This document shows, one piece after another, positions 48,437 to 57,913 of a stretch of 64,000 nucleotides of DNA. The notes beneath the pieces were generated by a model, which worked only from the letters and a program-made list of their open reading frames with translations, did not search any database and was not told the origin of the DNA. This DNA comes from Planctomycetota bacterium. Lineage in GTDB: Bacteria > Planctomycetota > GCA-002687715 > CAIWVZ01. Location of the stretch: contig JBGANV010000004.1 of NCBI GenBank assembly GCA_044222185.1, forward strand, positions 256,001 to 320,000. The letters are read 5' to 3'. The translations under genes were made by a program, and so were the position numbers. How positions within the stretch are numbered: position 1 is the stretch's first letter; each line of letters starts with the position of its first letter.

Positions 48437-50794
48437 CTACGTCGCTGCGGCGACGAGCCCCTGAGCCACCCAGGCGGCCATCCGTTCGCGGTGGCTCGCG
48501 AGTTGGGCAGGCGTCGCGCCGCTGCCCGGCCGCGTCATCTGGAAGTACTGGAAGATCATCTCGGCGGCGAACCGGATGTCCGCCTGCGAGAGGTTGTCCG
48601 TGACCATCACGGTCTGGTTGCCGCCGTACTCGGCCCAGTTCGTCGACCGCACCCAGTTGTTGCGGATCGCGTCGCTCCAAAGCTCGGTGCCGGGGAACGG
48701 CGTGATCCCGGTGACGCCCAGCGTCTTTGCCGGTAGCTCGCCCAGGAGGAGGTATGTCCCCTGGATCGACTTGCGCGACTCCTGCGGGAGCCCGACGACG
48801 ACGAGGAGATGGGAGATGATCCCCACCTTGTCCGTCTCGTTGAGGATCGTGCGGATGCGCTTCACGTCGACGCCCTGCTTGGCTCCTGACTTGAGAACGT
48901 CGTCGTCACCGCTCTCGAGGCCGAAGTTGATGCCTTTGCAACCCGCGGCCGCCAGAAGTCCGAGGAGCTCGGCGTCGAGGCAGTTGATGCGGGTCTCGCA
49001 CCAGAACGTGATCGGGAGCGCTTTGGTGATGATCAGCTGGCAGATCTCGGCAGTACGCTTGCGGCTCAGCGTGAACGTTGCGTCACGCATGAGGAAGTGC
49101 CGATATCCGAGGGCGACGGCCTCTTCGAGCTCTCGGACGACGTGTGCCGGGGAGCGCTGGCGCCAGTCCTTGCCCTGTGTCATCGGATAGGGGCAGTAGT
49201 ACCCGCACGAATACGGGCAGCCTCGGGACGTCTGGATGGTCGTGAAACCCTCCGAGCCGAGCAGCGAGTACGAGTAGTCGCCGGGCTTGATCAGCTTGCG
49301 CGCCGGCATGGGGAGCCGGTCCAAGTCGACGAGCTTCTCCTCGGGCGTGATGACGAGTTCGCCGTTGACGAGGCGCGCCGTCCCGCGGTGGTCGTCGCCG
49401 GCGAGGACGCGTTCGATCGTCAGGTCGCATTCGCCCAGGATCACGAACGGGATGCCGGCCTCCTGGAGCAGCCGCTGGAGGAACACGGGGTAGCTGAGCT
49501 GCGTCTTGGCGACGACGCGCGCCCGGCTCCAGCGACGCACGGTGCGGAGAAACTCCACGTCCTGTTCGAACGTCGGCAGGTTCACCTCGCAGACGATCAC
49601 GTCGACGCCGGCGTTGGCGATGTGGGTGAGGAGGTCTCCGGCAGTGAACGGAGTCGTCGCGCCGTCGATGACGGTGACGGGCCAGCCCACGTCCTCGAGC
49701 CGGGCCGCCCACCAAAGCAGATCGAGCGGCGGGAACCGATCCTCCGAGTTGTGGACGAAGCCCAGGCCTCCGGCCATGTCGCGGGACAGGGTCATGCCCG
49801 TCGTCGGCGTGTTGCAGAGGATGACCTTCAGCGGTCCTTCGAGCACGTGCGGCGTCGCGTCTCGGACGAGCCCGGAGGCCTCCGCCAGTTCGATGACCGT
49901 CTGAGGGAACGTTCGCGTCGGGTGCCAGTTCCATTCGCCGAGGCTGCGCTGGCACAGGTGAGCGTAGTGGATCGGTTCGTCGAGCGTTGGCGGTGCGTCA
50001 TCGCCCGTGGGGATGCGCACCGGCAGCCCGAACGACCGAGAGATGAACGCCACGTCGCGCAAGAGGAGCCCGACGGTCGGCGTGGTGCATCCCGTGACGT
50101 TGTAGGTGCCGGTCCCACCGAAGCGGATCGCTGCCGCGACTGCGCTGACGACGTCCAGGACGTGGACCGGCTGAAAGCGGTGCTGGTTCCACTCCTTCAC
50201 GAACGCCGCGACGTCGCCGGACCTGAGCGCGTCGAAGAACGGTCGGGCCATGCCCAGTTCGCCATCGCCCAGGATCTGCCCCGGCCGCAGGATGATGGTC
50301 TCGATCCCCGCCGCCGTCGCCACGTCGGAGAATGCTGATTCACCCGCGAGCTTGGAGCGGCCGTAGTCCGTGTCCGGTCGGGGGTCCGCGCCGTCGGGCG
50401 TGGGAATCTCGCCGGGGCGGCGCGGTCCGGCCGCGGCGAGGCTGCTGATGAGAACCGCTCGCCGAACGCCCAGGTCCTGCGCGAGGGCCGCCGCGTGCCG
50501 GGCCCCGTCACGATTGACCGCCATCAGGCGCGACTCGCCAGCGCCGTAGTCCACGAGCGCCGCCGCATGAACGAGCACGTCGGCACGCAACGCGGGGGGC
50601 GCCGCGATCGGGGACGTGATGTCACCCTCCACGACCTCGATCGAGCCCGGCGAGGCCTGCGGTATCGAGAGACGCGCTCGATCGCGGACGACCGCGATCA
50701 CGGTGTCGCCCCGGTCGAGAAAGTGCTTGAGCAGGCGACTGCCGAGATAGCCTGTGGCGCCGGTGAGGAGGATCGTCGTTCCGGATGTGGACAC
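48437..50794 (-). CDS. Fusion of an NAD-dependent epimerase/dehydratase (HpnA-like SDR) with a B12-binding-type radical SAM domain (HpnJ-like)
   Basis: LLTGATGYLG and YGRSK, then FPPLDL, DLDRLPMPAR, TSRGCPYSCGYYCPY, MRDATFT, FGLESG and TPFPGT in one frame. Start GTG ~50794 chosen to avoid overlap with the divergent HAD gene. Confidence 0.85.
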   Translation of the reverse strand: MSTSGTTILLTGATGYLGSRLLKHFLDRGDTVIAVVRDRARLSIPQASPGSIEVVEGDITSPIAAPPALRADVLVHAAALVDYGAGESRLMAVNRDGARHAAALAQDLGVRRAVLISSLAAAGPRRPGEIPTPDGADPRPDTDYGRSKLAGESAFSDVATAAGIETIILRPGQILGDGELGMARPFFDALRSGDVAAFVKEWNQHRFQPVHVLDVVSAVAAAIRFGGTGTYNVTGCTTPTVGLLLRDVAFISRSFGLPVRIPTGDDAPPTLDEPIHYAHLCQRSLGEWNWHPTRTFPQTVIELAEASGLVRDATPHVLEGPLKVILCNTPTTGMTLSRDMAGGLGFVHNSEDRFPPLDLLWWAARLEDVGWPVTVIDGATTPFTAGDLLTHIANAGVDVIVCEVNLPTFEQDVEFLRTVRRWSRARVVAKTQLSYPVFLQRLLQEAGIPFVILGECDLTIERVLAGDDHRGTARLVNGELVITPEEKLVDLDRLPMPARKLIKPGDYSYSLLGSEGFTTIQTSRGCPYSCGYYCPYPMTQGKDWRQRSPAHVVRELEEAVALGYRHFLMRDATFTLSRKRTAEICQLIITKALPITFWCETRINCLDAELLGLLAAAGCKGINFGLESGDDDVLKSGAKQGVDVKRIRTILNETDKVGIISHLLVVVGLPQESRKSIQGTYLLLGELPAKTLGVTGITPFPGTELWSDAIRNNWVRSTNWAEYGGNQTVMVTDNLSQADIRFAAEMIFQYFQMTRPGSGATPAQLASHRERMAAWVAQGLVAAAT

Positions 50795-50917
50795 GGAGGG
50801 TGGAGTTCCTGGGCTGGCAGGGACGGGGAAGGCGGACAGTCTACCGTTCCGTGTTCCGGGTGCCACGGTTCGGCGCGGGCATCGGACGCGCTTGCCGCTG
50901 TTAGGATCCGGCCCCTG

Positions 50918-51595
50918 ATGCGACCGCGACTGGTCCTTTTCGACATCGATGGAACGCTCGTGACGCCGCGAGGCCTCGGCCGCCGGAGCCTCGAGGCTGC
51001 GTTCACGGCGCGCTACGGCTCGTCCGGGGTGTTCGAAGGCGTGCCGTTCCACGGTCGCACGGACTTCGACATCATCGACGAGGGGATCGGGCGAGTGCGC
51101 GGTTCCCTGGACGATCGGCTGGCGATCGTGCGGGACTACCTTGACCAGCTGAAGGTGGAGGTGGTTTCCGGGCCACCGTTGATCCTGCCGGGTGTTCCTC
51201 AGCTTCTTCCGCGCTTGGAGGCGGCTCCGGGCGTCACGCTCGGCCTCGTCACCGGGAACGTGCGGGAGGGCGCCCGGATCAAACTGGCGCGCGACGGCAT
51301 GTTCGACTGCTTCCACACAGGTGCCTTCGGCGACGACCACCGCGACCGCCGCGAACTGGCGCGTCTCGCGGTGAAGCGCGCGCAGGAGCTGCGCGGAGTC
51401 AGGTATGCCGCTCAGGATGTGTTTCTGATCGGCGACACGCGGAACGACGTGCTCGCGGCACGCGCTGCCGGGGCCGTCGCGATCGCCGTCGCAACCGGAG
51501 GCGAGACGGCGGAATCTCTCGCCGCGTCGCAACCCGACCACGTCCTCACTTCCCTCGATCCGATCGATTCCTTCCTCAACATCGTCTTCCACTGA
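50918..51595 (+). CDS. HAD family hydrolase/phosphatase
   Basis: LFDIDGTL, GRTD, LVTGN, GAFGDD and IGDTRNDV. Confidence 0.92.
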   Translation: MRPRLVLFDIDGTLVTPRGLGRRSLEAAFTARYGSSGVFEGVPFHGRTDFDIIDEGIGRVRGSLDDRLAIVRDYLDQLKVEVVSGPPLILPGVPQLLPRLEAAPGVTLGLVTGNVREGARIKLARDGMFDCFHTGAFGDDHRDRRELARLAVKRAQELRGVRYAAQDVFLIGDTRNDVLAARAAGAVAIAVATGGETAESLAASQPDHVLTSLDPIDSFLNIVFH

Positions 51596-52707
51596 TGCAC
51601 GCCATCGGACTCGATCTCACCTGCCTCGAAGCGCCCGTCGAAACCGGCGTCGAACGCTACGCGCGACGGTTGGCCGAAACGCTTCCGCGCGTCGTGGACG
51701 ACCTGATCGTCACGATCATCGTCCGCGCCGGAAAACCGGCGCCGCGCGTTCAGGAACCGGCCCGCGTCATTGCCGCAGGCGGCGGATTCGGCAGGTCGTT
51801 GTGGCGCGAGATCACGCTGCCGCAGATCGTGGCGCGCGAGGGCGTGGAGCTGTTGCATGCGCCCGTCGCGGCCGTCGCCACGCTGACACCAGCGCGCAAG
51901 GTCGTCACCATTCACGACGTCCCCGGCCGCCACGGCATCGAGGGCGAGGGGGGCATCCTCTCGCGACATCGATTGCGGCTCATGCACGCATTGGCGGTTG
52001 CGGACGCGATCATCACGCCGTCGGAGGCGACGCGGGACGCGATCCTCGCCGTCGCCAGCGTGCCCGCAGATCGCATCGCCGTGATTCCCCACGGGGTGGA
52101 CCCGGACTTCCGACCCATCGGACCGTCGCTCGCTCGCGAGCGTTACGGCATCCCGCCTGGGCCCTACCTCCTCACCGTCGGCACGCTGCGCGCGCGCAAG
52201 GACCCGGCGACGGCCATCTCGGCACTGGCGCGGCTGGTGAAGGACGCTGAGCGCGATCTCCGCCTCGTCTTCGCCGGTCGCCAGGACATGGACCCGACGG
52301 AGCTGCGGACGATGGCGCACCGCCTCGGGGTCCTCGATCGCGTCGTCTTCGCCGGGTACGTCGCCCGGGAGGATCTGCCGGACCTCTACCGCGAGGCCGA
52401 GGCCTTCGTCCTTCCGTCGCTGCTCGAGGGCTTCGGCATGCCGCTCGTGGAAGCCATGGCGTCGGGTACACCGGTCGTCGCGTCGGATGCGGCGTCGATC
52501 CCCGAGGTCGTGGGAGATGGCGCGCTGCTGTTTCCCGCAGGCAACGACGATGCGCTCGCACGCAGGCTCGCTGACGTCCTCGACCAACCTGAATACCGCG
52601 CGCAGCTCGTGGCCCGCGGCCGGGCACGCGCCGAGCAGTTCACCTGGGAAGGGTGCGCGCGCCGCCATGCGGACGTGTATCGGGCAGTCCTGGGCGGAGC
52701 GCGCTGA
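51595..52707 (+). CDS. GT4 (GT-B) glycosyltransferase
   Basis: TGVERY, VVTIHD, PHGVD and PSLLEGFGMPLVEAMASG. TGATG overlap with the HAD gene. Confidence 0.93.
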   Translation: MHAIGLDLTCLEAPVETGVERYARRLAETLPRVVDDLIVTIIVRAGKPAPRVQEPARVIAAGGGFGRSLWREITLPQIVAREGVELLHAPVAAVATLTPARKVVTIHDVPGRHGIEGEGGILSRHRLRLMHALAVADAIITPSEATRDAILAVASVPADRIAVIPHGVDPDFRPIGPSLARERYGIPPGPYLLTVGTLRARKDPATAISALARLVKDAERDLRLVFAGRQDMDPTELRTMAHRLGVLDRVVFAGYVAREDLPDLYREAEAFVLPSLLEGFGMPLVEAMASGTPVVASDAASIPEVVGDGALLFPAGNDDALARRLADVLDQPEYRAQLVARGRARAEQFTWEGCARRHADVYRAVLGGAR

Positions 52708-52799
52708 GCACGCGCGGTCCCCGCTTCCCGACGCCGCCGGTGGGGCCGCCCGCGGAATCCCATAGAACGTCACCGCGCGTTCGCGCTCGGGGCAAGGAC

Positions 52800-55694
52800 A
52801 TGAGTCGAATGAGAGTCGCCGGCTGGCTCGGGATATTTTTGTGCGCGTCGACGGTGGTGGCCTGGGCGCAGGTCCGACCCGACAGCCGCCCGCGAATCGA
52901 GGCGCCCGCGATCCGCGACTGCATCGAGCAGGAGTCCGCGACGGCCTTCGAGGTCGCGCCCGACGGCAAGCGCGCCGTCTACGTGCGGGAGACCCCCGAT
53001 GCGACGAAGGACCGCATGCGGAAGAAGGTCTGGATCGTCGATCTGGAGTCGGGCGTATCGCGCCCGCTGACCACGGGACCGAGTCAGGACGTGGACCCCA
53101 GGTGGTCACCGGACGGTCGACGTGTGGCGTTCTCGTCGGCGCGCAAGGTGGACGTCCCCGACGAGAAGCGGAGCGGGCGCAGGCCTCGGCGCGTCGCCGA
53201 CGCGGACGAGGAGCCCAAGGAGCAGGTCTTCGTTCTCGACATGACGGGTGGCGAAGCCGTCGCCGTCACGGAGTTGCCCGAGGGTGTCGCGGGGTTCCGG
53301 TGGCTCGACGCGGGGCGCCTCCTCGTGACGGGCCGGGAGAAGCTCGCGGCGCGGGAGCAGCGGCGCAAGGACGACAAGGACGACTCGGAGGCCGTCGAGG
53401 ATCTGGACGAGTTCCGTGTGGCGGCGACGCGCTTCTTCGTCGTGACGCTGGCTGACGACGGCCCGAAGACCGTTCGCCTCACGGAGAACCTCGACTCGAT
53501 CGAGACCTTCGAAGTGTCGCCCGACGGGAAGCACGCCGTCGCCCTCCACAAACAAACGCCGCTCTTCGAAGTCGACGGCCGCGTGCCTCCGAAGGTCCGC
53601 TTGTGGGACCTGGAGGCGGCCACGAGCCGCGAGATCTTCGCAGACCGGAAGTCCAAGCCCCTGGCGTTCGCCTGGGCTGCGGACGGGTCGTCCTGTCTCG
53701 CCATGGGATTGCGGCCGACGGTGGATGGCGAGGACATGGCCGGCGTGAACGTGGCGTTCCTGATCGACGTCGCGACGGGCTCGGTCCGCGACGCGGGGCT
53801 CGAATGGACTCGCGGGTTCGCGAGCCTCGCGGTCACGGCGTCGGCGCGCGACGGATTCGTCGCGGGGCTGGCGGACGGAGTACGGCCTCGATTCGGGTGG
53901 CTTCATGCGTCGCCGGGTTCGGCGGCCGGATGGCGGGTCGAGCCGTTTCTCGGGGACGGCGCCGAGAGGATCCGCGAAGTCGTCGGCCGTGCGGGCTCCG
54001 ACCGCGTCGTCTATCGCTCGTCCACGGCGGACGCGCCATCCCAGTGGTTCTCGGCGGTGCGATCGGGCGCCACGTTGGCAGCGGTGCATCGCCTCGACGT
54101 CTGCAAGGTTCCCTTCGACGGCAAGCGACTCGCTCGGGTCGAGGTCGTCGGGTTCAAGGGCGCGGGCGATGAGCCGGTGCAGGCGCTCCTCTATTTCCCC
54201 CACGAGCACGAGAGCCGCGCGAAGCACCCGCTCGTGCTGCTGACCCATGGCGGGCCGTTCGCCGCGGACTACGATGAGTTTTCCGACGGTTGGTCCTACG
54301 CCCCCAACCTCTACGCGGCGCGCGGGGCCTACGTCCTCAGCGTCAACTACCACGGAAGCTCGGACTACGGTGCCGCGTTCGGCGAGTCCATTCGTCACCG
54401 CTACTTCGAGCTCGAGCTTCTGGACCTCTGTCGCGGCATCGAGTTCGTCGCTGCGCGCGAACCGGTGGATCTGGATCGACTCGGACTCTGCGGCTGGTCG
54501 AACGGTGCGATCCTCTCCATCGCGATGCTGGCGTTGCGCGACGAATTCGCGCCCGGCTTCCCGTTCACGTTCCGGGCCTGCGTCGCGGGCGCGGGGGACG
54601 TGAACTGGACGAGCGATTACGGCGTGTGCGAGTTCGGCCCGGCCTTCGACGACTACTATCTCGGAGGTCCGCCCTGGTCCGCCGCCGAGACGTACCTGAA
54701 GAAGTCCGCGCTGTTTCGCGCGGAGCGCGTCACCACGCCCACGCTCGTCATGATCGGAGCGAGGGATCGGGCCGTGCCGACGAACCAGGGATGGGAGTGG
54801 TATCGGGCCCTTCAACACCTGGGAAAGGCGCCCGTGCGCTTCATCCAGTTCCCCGCCGAGAAGCACAGCCTGACGTCGCTCGCTCGCCGGCGCCGCAAAC
54901 TCGAAGAGGAGATGGCGTTCGTCGACAAGCACCTCTTCCGCGTACCCGACGCCGATCCCTCGTTCGACGGCTCGCGCATCTGGGAGGCGGCACGGACGCC
55001 AGCCCGCGACGGCGCCGCATTCGGCGTGAGGGTCGACGCAGCGGCGGCGCCGGGGCAGAAGCCGGTGACGGTGCTGATCCCCGAGGTGGTGTACGTCGGA
55101 GGTCTCTCGCTCGGCAGATTCGAGGTCACGCGCGGGCAGTGGAAGGCGTTTCGTCCCGAACTCGACTTTGCGGACGCCACGGCGAACTACCCGATCAGCG
55201 GCGTTTCCTTCGAGGACGCGCAGGCGTACTGCGCGTGGCTCGGCCGCGTGACGGGGCGGCGATTCCGGCTTCCGCGAACGGATGAACTCGACCGGCTCGC
55301 GGACGATCTTCCCGACTCGGAGAACACGCTCGATTGGTGGGCCGGATTCGTCGCATCGCCCCACGACCTCGACGGCATCCGAGCTCGAACGTCCGAAGTG
55401 CCGTGGGAGGCGCAAGCGCCTGGCGTTCCTCCGCTGCTCCTGCCGGTCGGATCGCGTCCCGCGGCGGCGATCGGCGAGCCCGGACGGCGTCAGCCGGTGA
55501 GCGATCTGGGCGGCAACGTCGCCGAATGGGCCGTGGACGACGGTTCCGACCTCGCGACGCGACCCACGCTCGAACCCAAGGCGAAAGCCTGGGGCGGGTG
55601 TGCGTGGTTCGGCACCGACCCCCTGGCCGGCGACCGCACGCCGCCCCCCGTCTACACCGGTTTTCGCGTCGTCGAGGAGCGGGCGGGAAGGTGA
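52800..55694 (+). CDS. Secreted S9 (prolyl oligopeptidase/acylaminoacyl peptidase) with C-terminal FGE-sulfatase (SUMF1-like) domain
   Basis: AAGGA RBS and signal ending AWA-Q. PD40 repeats (PRWSPDGRR), THGGP, GWSNG, Asp GARD and His EKH, then RFEVT..Q, YPISGVSFEDAQAYCAWL, FRLP, DLGGNVAEW and GFRVV. Confidence 0.88.
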   Translation: MSRMRVAGWLGIFLCASTVVAWAQVRPDSRPRIEAPAIRDCIEQESATAFEVAPDGKRAVYVRETPDATKDRMRKKVWIVDLESGVSRPLTTGPSQDVDPRWSPDGRRVAFSSARKVDVPDEKRSGRRPRRVADADEEPKEQVFVLDMTGGEAVAVTELPEGVAGFRWLDAGRLLVTGREKLAAREQRRKDDKDDSEAVEDLDEFRVAATRFFVVTLADDGPKTVRLTENLDSIETFEVSPDGKHAVALHKQTPLFEVDGRVPPKVRLWDLEAATSREIFADRKSKPLAFAWAADGSSCLAMGLRPTVDGEDMAGVNVAFLIDVATGSVRDAGLEWTRGFASLAVTASARDGFVAGLADGVRPRFGWLHASPGSAAGWRVEPFLGDGAERIREVVGRAGSDRVVYRSSTADAPSQWFSAVRSGATLAAVHRLDVCKVPFDGKRLARVEVVGFKGAGDEPVQALLYFPHEHESRAKHPLVLLTHGGPFAADYDEFSDGWSYAPNLYAARGAYVLSVNYHGSSDYGAAFGESIRHRYFELELLDLCRGIEFVAAREPVDLDRLGLCGWSNGAILSIAMLALRDEFAPGFPFTFRACVAGAGDVNWTSDYGVCEFGPAFDDYYLGGPPWSAAETYLKKSALFRAERVTTPTLVMIGARDRAVPTNQGWEWYRALQHLGKAPVRFIQFPAEKHSLTSLARRRRKLEEEMAFVDKHLFRVPDADPSFDGSRIWEAARTPARDGAAFGVRVDAAAAPGQKPVTVLIPEVVYVGGLSLGRFEVTRGQWKAFRPELDFADATANYPISGVSFEDAQAYCAWLGRVTGRRFRLPRTDELDRLADDLPDSENTLDWWAGFVASPHDLDGIRARTSEVPWEAQAPGVPPLLLPVGSRPAAAIGEPGRRQPVSDLGGNVAEWAVDDGSDLATRPTLEPKAKAWGGCAWFGTDPLAGDRTPPPVYTGFRVVEERAGR

Positions 55695-57217
55695 ATCACC
55701 GGCGATTCAATCCTTGGATCGTCGGTGCCATCGCGATCGTGCTCGGCGTCGGCCGCTATCTGGCGGTGATCGACGAGCCGTGGGATCGGTCGCTCGGGTC
55801 GGTGAACGGCGCCGTCTACTTCTCCCGCTTCGAGCAGAGCTACGAGCGGCTCGGCTTCGGCGCGCTGGGAGGGGCGCCGTACTTCTACGTCCTCCCACTG
55901 AACGGACCGACGCAGGGCACGATCTACTGGCATCACCCGCCGCTCATTCCGTGGGCGCTTCGCGCGGCGGTCGCGCTCGGCGGGTACTCGGAGAGAACGT
56001 TTCGATGTCTCCCGATTCTGCTCTCGACGCTGACAGGTTTTCTCCTGGCCCTCGTCGCGGGGAAGGCGCGGGGGACGTGGGCGGGTGTCAGCGTGGCCGC
56101 ACTCTTCGCCGCGCTCCCCATGAGCTGGATCACGGGGTGGCAGGTCGGCTACGAGCCGGTGACGCTCGGCTTCATGACGTTGGCGGTCTGGCTGCATCTG
56201 CGACTGCGCGTCGCATCGCTGCGGAAGTACTCGCTCGTGTGCATGGCACTCGCGTGTGCCGTCTGGACGGATTGGATCGGTGCGGCGGTGGTGCCGGGGT
56301 TGCTCGTCACCGAGATCCTCCGCGCGAACGGCGAGCGCCGGGTGTGGCGCACTTGTCTGCTCGGTGCCGTCGCCGCAGTCTGCGTGCTCGTCATCGTCGG
56401 CGTCTTCGGTGCCTGGCAGGGACTTTCGCTTCGTGAAGCGATCGAGGCCGTCGCGGGGCTCGGGCGCGTGACGACGACGGGGTCGACGAAGCCGGCGCTG
56501 GGAACGTGGATCGATGCCCAACTGGGATTCTGGGCCCGACTCTACGGCATCCCGGTGGCCGCGGCCTCGCTCTTGGTGTGTGCGCGATTCTGGCGTGCCG
56601 CGCGGCGAGGCGATGAGATGGCGGCGTGCGCGTGGGCCTTGGTGATTCCCGCCGTCGCGAACGTCGTCGCGTTTCCGGGCCACTCGGTGGATCACGAGTT
56701 CTGGTGGGCCTATGCCGTGCCGTGGGCCGTCCTCGCGTCGGTCGAATGCGCGCGCCTTCTTCCCGGGCGGGCGAGGGTTCTGGCGATCGGTGCCCTCGCG
56801 ATCGTGCTGGCGAGTTCGTCGGCGGGCGAGTGGCGTCGCGTGCGTGATGACGAATGCCGCGCGCTCGGCGCGGACTTCGATCGCGTCGCCGCGCCGACGG
56901 ACGGACTGATCTATCCCGGCGCGTTCTCCGCGAGCGGCTTCTACGTGCACGCCTGGTACTTCGACTACGGCGCGCTCGGCGGCGTCGAGGCGTTCGAAGA
57001 GTTGGCGCGGTTGCGCCGCGCGAGCGGGCTGCGCGTGCCGCGTGTCGTCGCGGTGGGGCCCGAGGGGCCTGGCTCGCCATTCCTCCCCGAGAACCTCGCG
57101 CGGCTCGAGGCGATCGGACACGTGCGCCGGCTCGAACCCGCGGACGCCGCGCGCGAGTTGCCTGCACTGGCGCGCGCGCACGTGGGCAAGGTGATCTGGA
57201 TCGTCACGATCGGGTGA
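55691..57217 (+). CDS. ArnT/PMT-like (GT-C) membrane glycosyltransferase
   Basis: GTGA overlap. YWHHPPL, GYSERTFRCLPI, YEP and multiple TM helices. Confidence 0.75.
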   Translation: MNHRRFNPWIVGAIAIVLGVGRYLAVIDEPWDRSLGSVNGAVYFSRFEQSYERLGFGALGGAPYFYVLPLNGPTQGTIYWHHPPLIPWALRAAVALGGYSERTFRCLPILLSTLTGFLLALVAGKARGTWAGVSVAALFAALPMSWITGWQVGYEPVTLGFMTLAVWLHLRLRVASLRKYSLVCMALACAVWTDWIGAAVVPGLLVTEILRANGERRVWRTCLLGAVAAVCVLVIVGVFGAWQGLSLREAIEAVAGLGRVTTTGSTKPALGTWIDAQLGFWARLYGIPVAAASLLVCARFWRAARRGDEMAACAWALVIPAVANVVAFPGHSVDHEFWWAYAVPWAVLASVECARLLPGRARVLAIGALAIVLASSSAGEWRRVRDDECRALGADFDRVAAPTDGLIYPGAFSASGFYVHAWYFDYGALGGVEAFEELARLRRASGLRVPRVVAVGPEGPGSPFLPENLARLEAIGHVRRLEPADAARELPALARAHVGKVIWIVTIG

Positions 57218-57346
57218 GCGGCGCGGAGCTCGAGGGGAGCGGACGCTCGCACAGAAAAAGTGCTGGCGTTGCAGTTGTTCGAACCCGGGCTCCATTTTTT
57301 GACGGACGACCGATAGGATCCGAGCGTCTCTCCAGGTGACCGCTCC

Positions 57347-57913
57347 ATGATCAACATCGACGCAACGAGCCGACGGTGGACGAGTGACGAGGTCCAGTCA
57401 CTCCCGTCCGATGGTCATCGCTACGAGGTCATCGGCGGGGAGTTGTGCGTGTCGCCGTCGCCGGGGTTCGAGCATCAGTGGTGCCTTCACCAACTCGCCG
57501 TCGAGATCGAGCTCCATCTGCGTCGGACCGAACACGGAATCTGCGTTGCGGCGCCGCTCGGGGTGTTCCTTTCCGGCGATACGTATGTGGAGCCGGACCT
57601 CGTCGTCGTGCGCCGTGAGCGGATGGCCATCCTTTCGCCGCGCGGTCTGACGGCTGCCCCGGATCTCGTGGTGGAGGCGATTTCCCCTCGCACCAAGGCC
57701 TGGGACCTGGGCGCCAAGCAGCGTCTTTACGAGGCGTGTGGCGTTCGCGAGTCCTGGGTGCTGGATCCCATCGAACGTCGCGTCGTCGTGCGCGTCCGCG
57801 CCGCGGCCGGGTTGACGGTGGCGGCGGATCGCGGGGACGGCGTCGTCGAGTCACCGGTCGTGCTTCCCGGCTTCACGGTCGGCATCGAACGGTTGTTCTG
57901 GAACTGGACATGA
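57347..57913 (+). CDS. Uma2 family (DUF820) PD-(D/E)xK endonuclease-like protein, copy 1
   Basis: RYEVIGGEL.VSPSP..HQ, VEPDL, APDLVVEAISP, K..LY..CGVRESWVLDP, LPGF. 188 aa. Confidence 0.92.
   Translation: MINIDATSRRWTSDEVQSLPSDGHRYEVIGGELCVSPSPGFEHQWCLHQLAVEIELHLRRTEHGICVAAPLGVFLSGDTYVEPDLVVVRRERMAILSPRGLTAAPDLVVEAISPRTKAWDLGAKQRLYEACGVRESWVLDPIERRVVVRVRAAAGLTVAADRGDGVVESPVVLPGFTVGIERLFWNWT

Noticed and set aside
48437-49800. Hopanoid methylase HpnP/HpnR call for the fused radical SAM domain
   Set aside because: Only generic B12-binding/radical SAM motifs are visible; no diagnostic HpnP/HpnR features could be recognised without a profile search.
50795-51592. N-terminal 266-aa extension of the epimerase-radical SAM ORF
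   Set aside because: It is largely the antisense of the well-supported HAD gene. The SDR Rossmann motif begins right after 50794.
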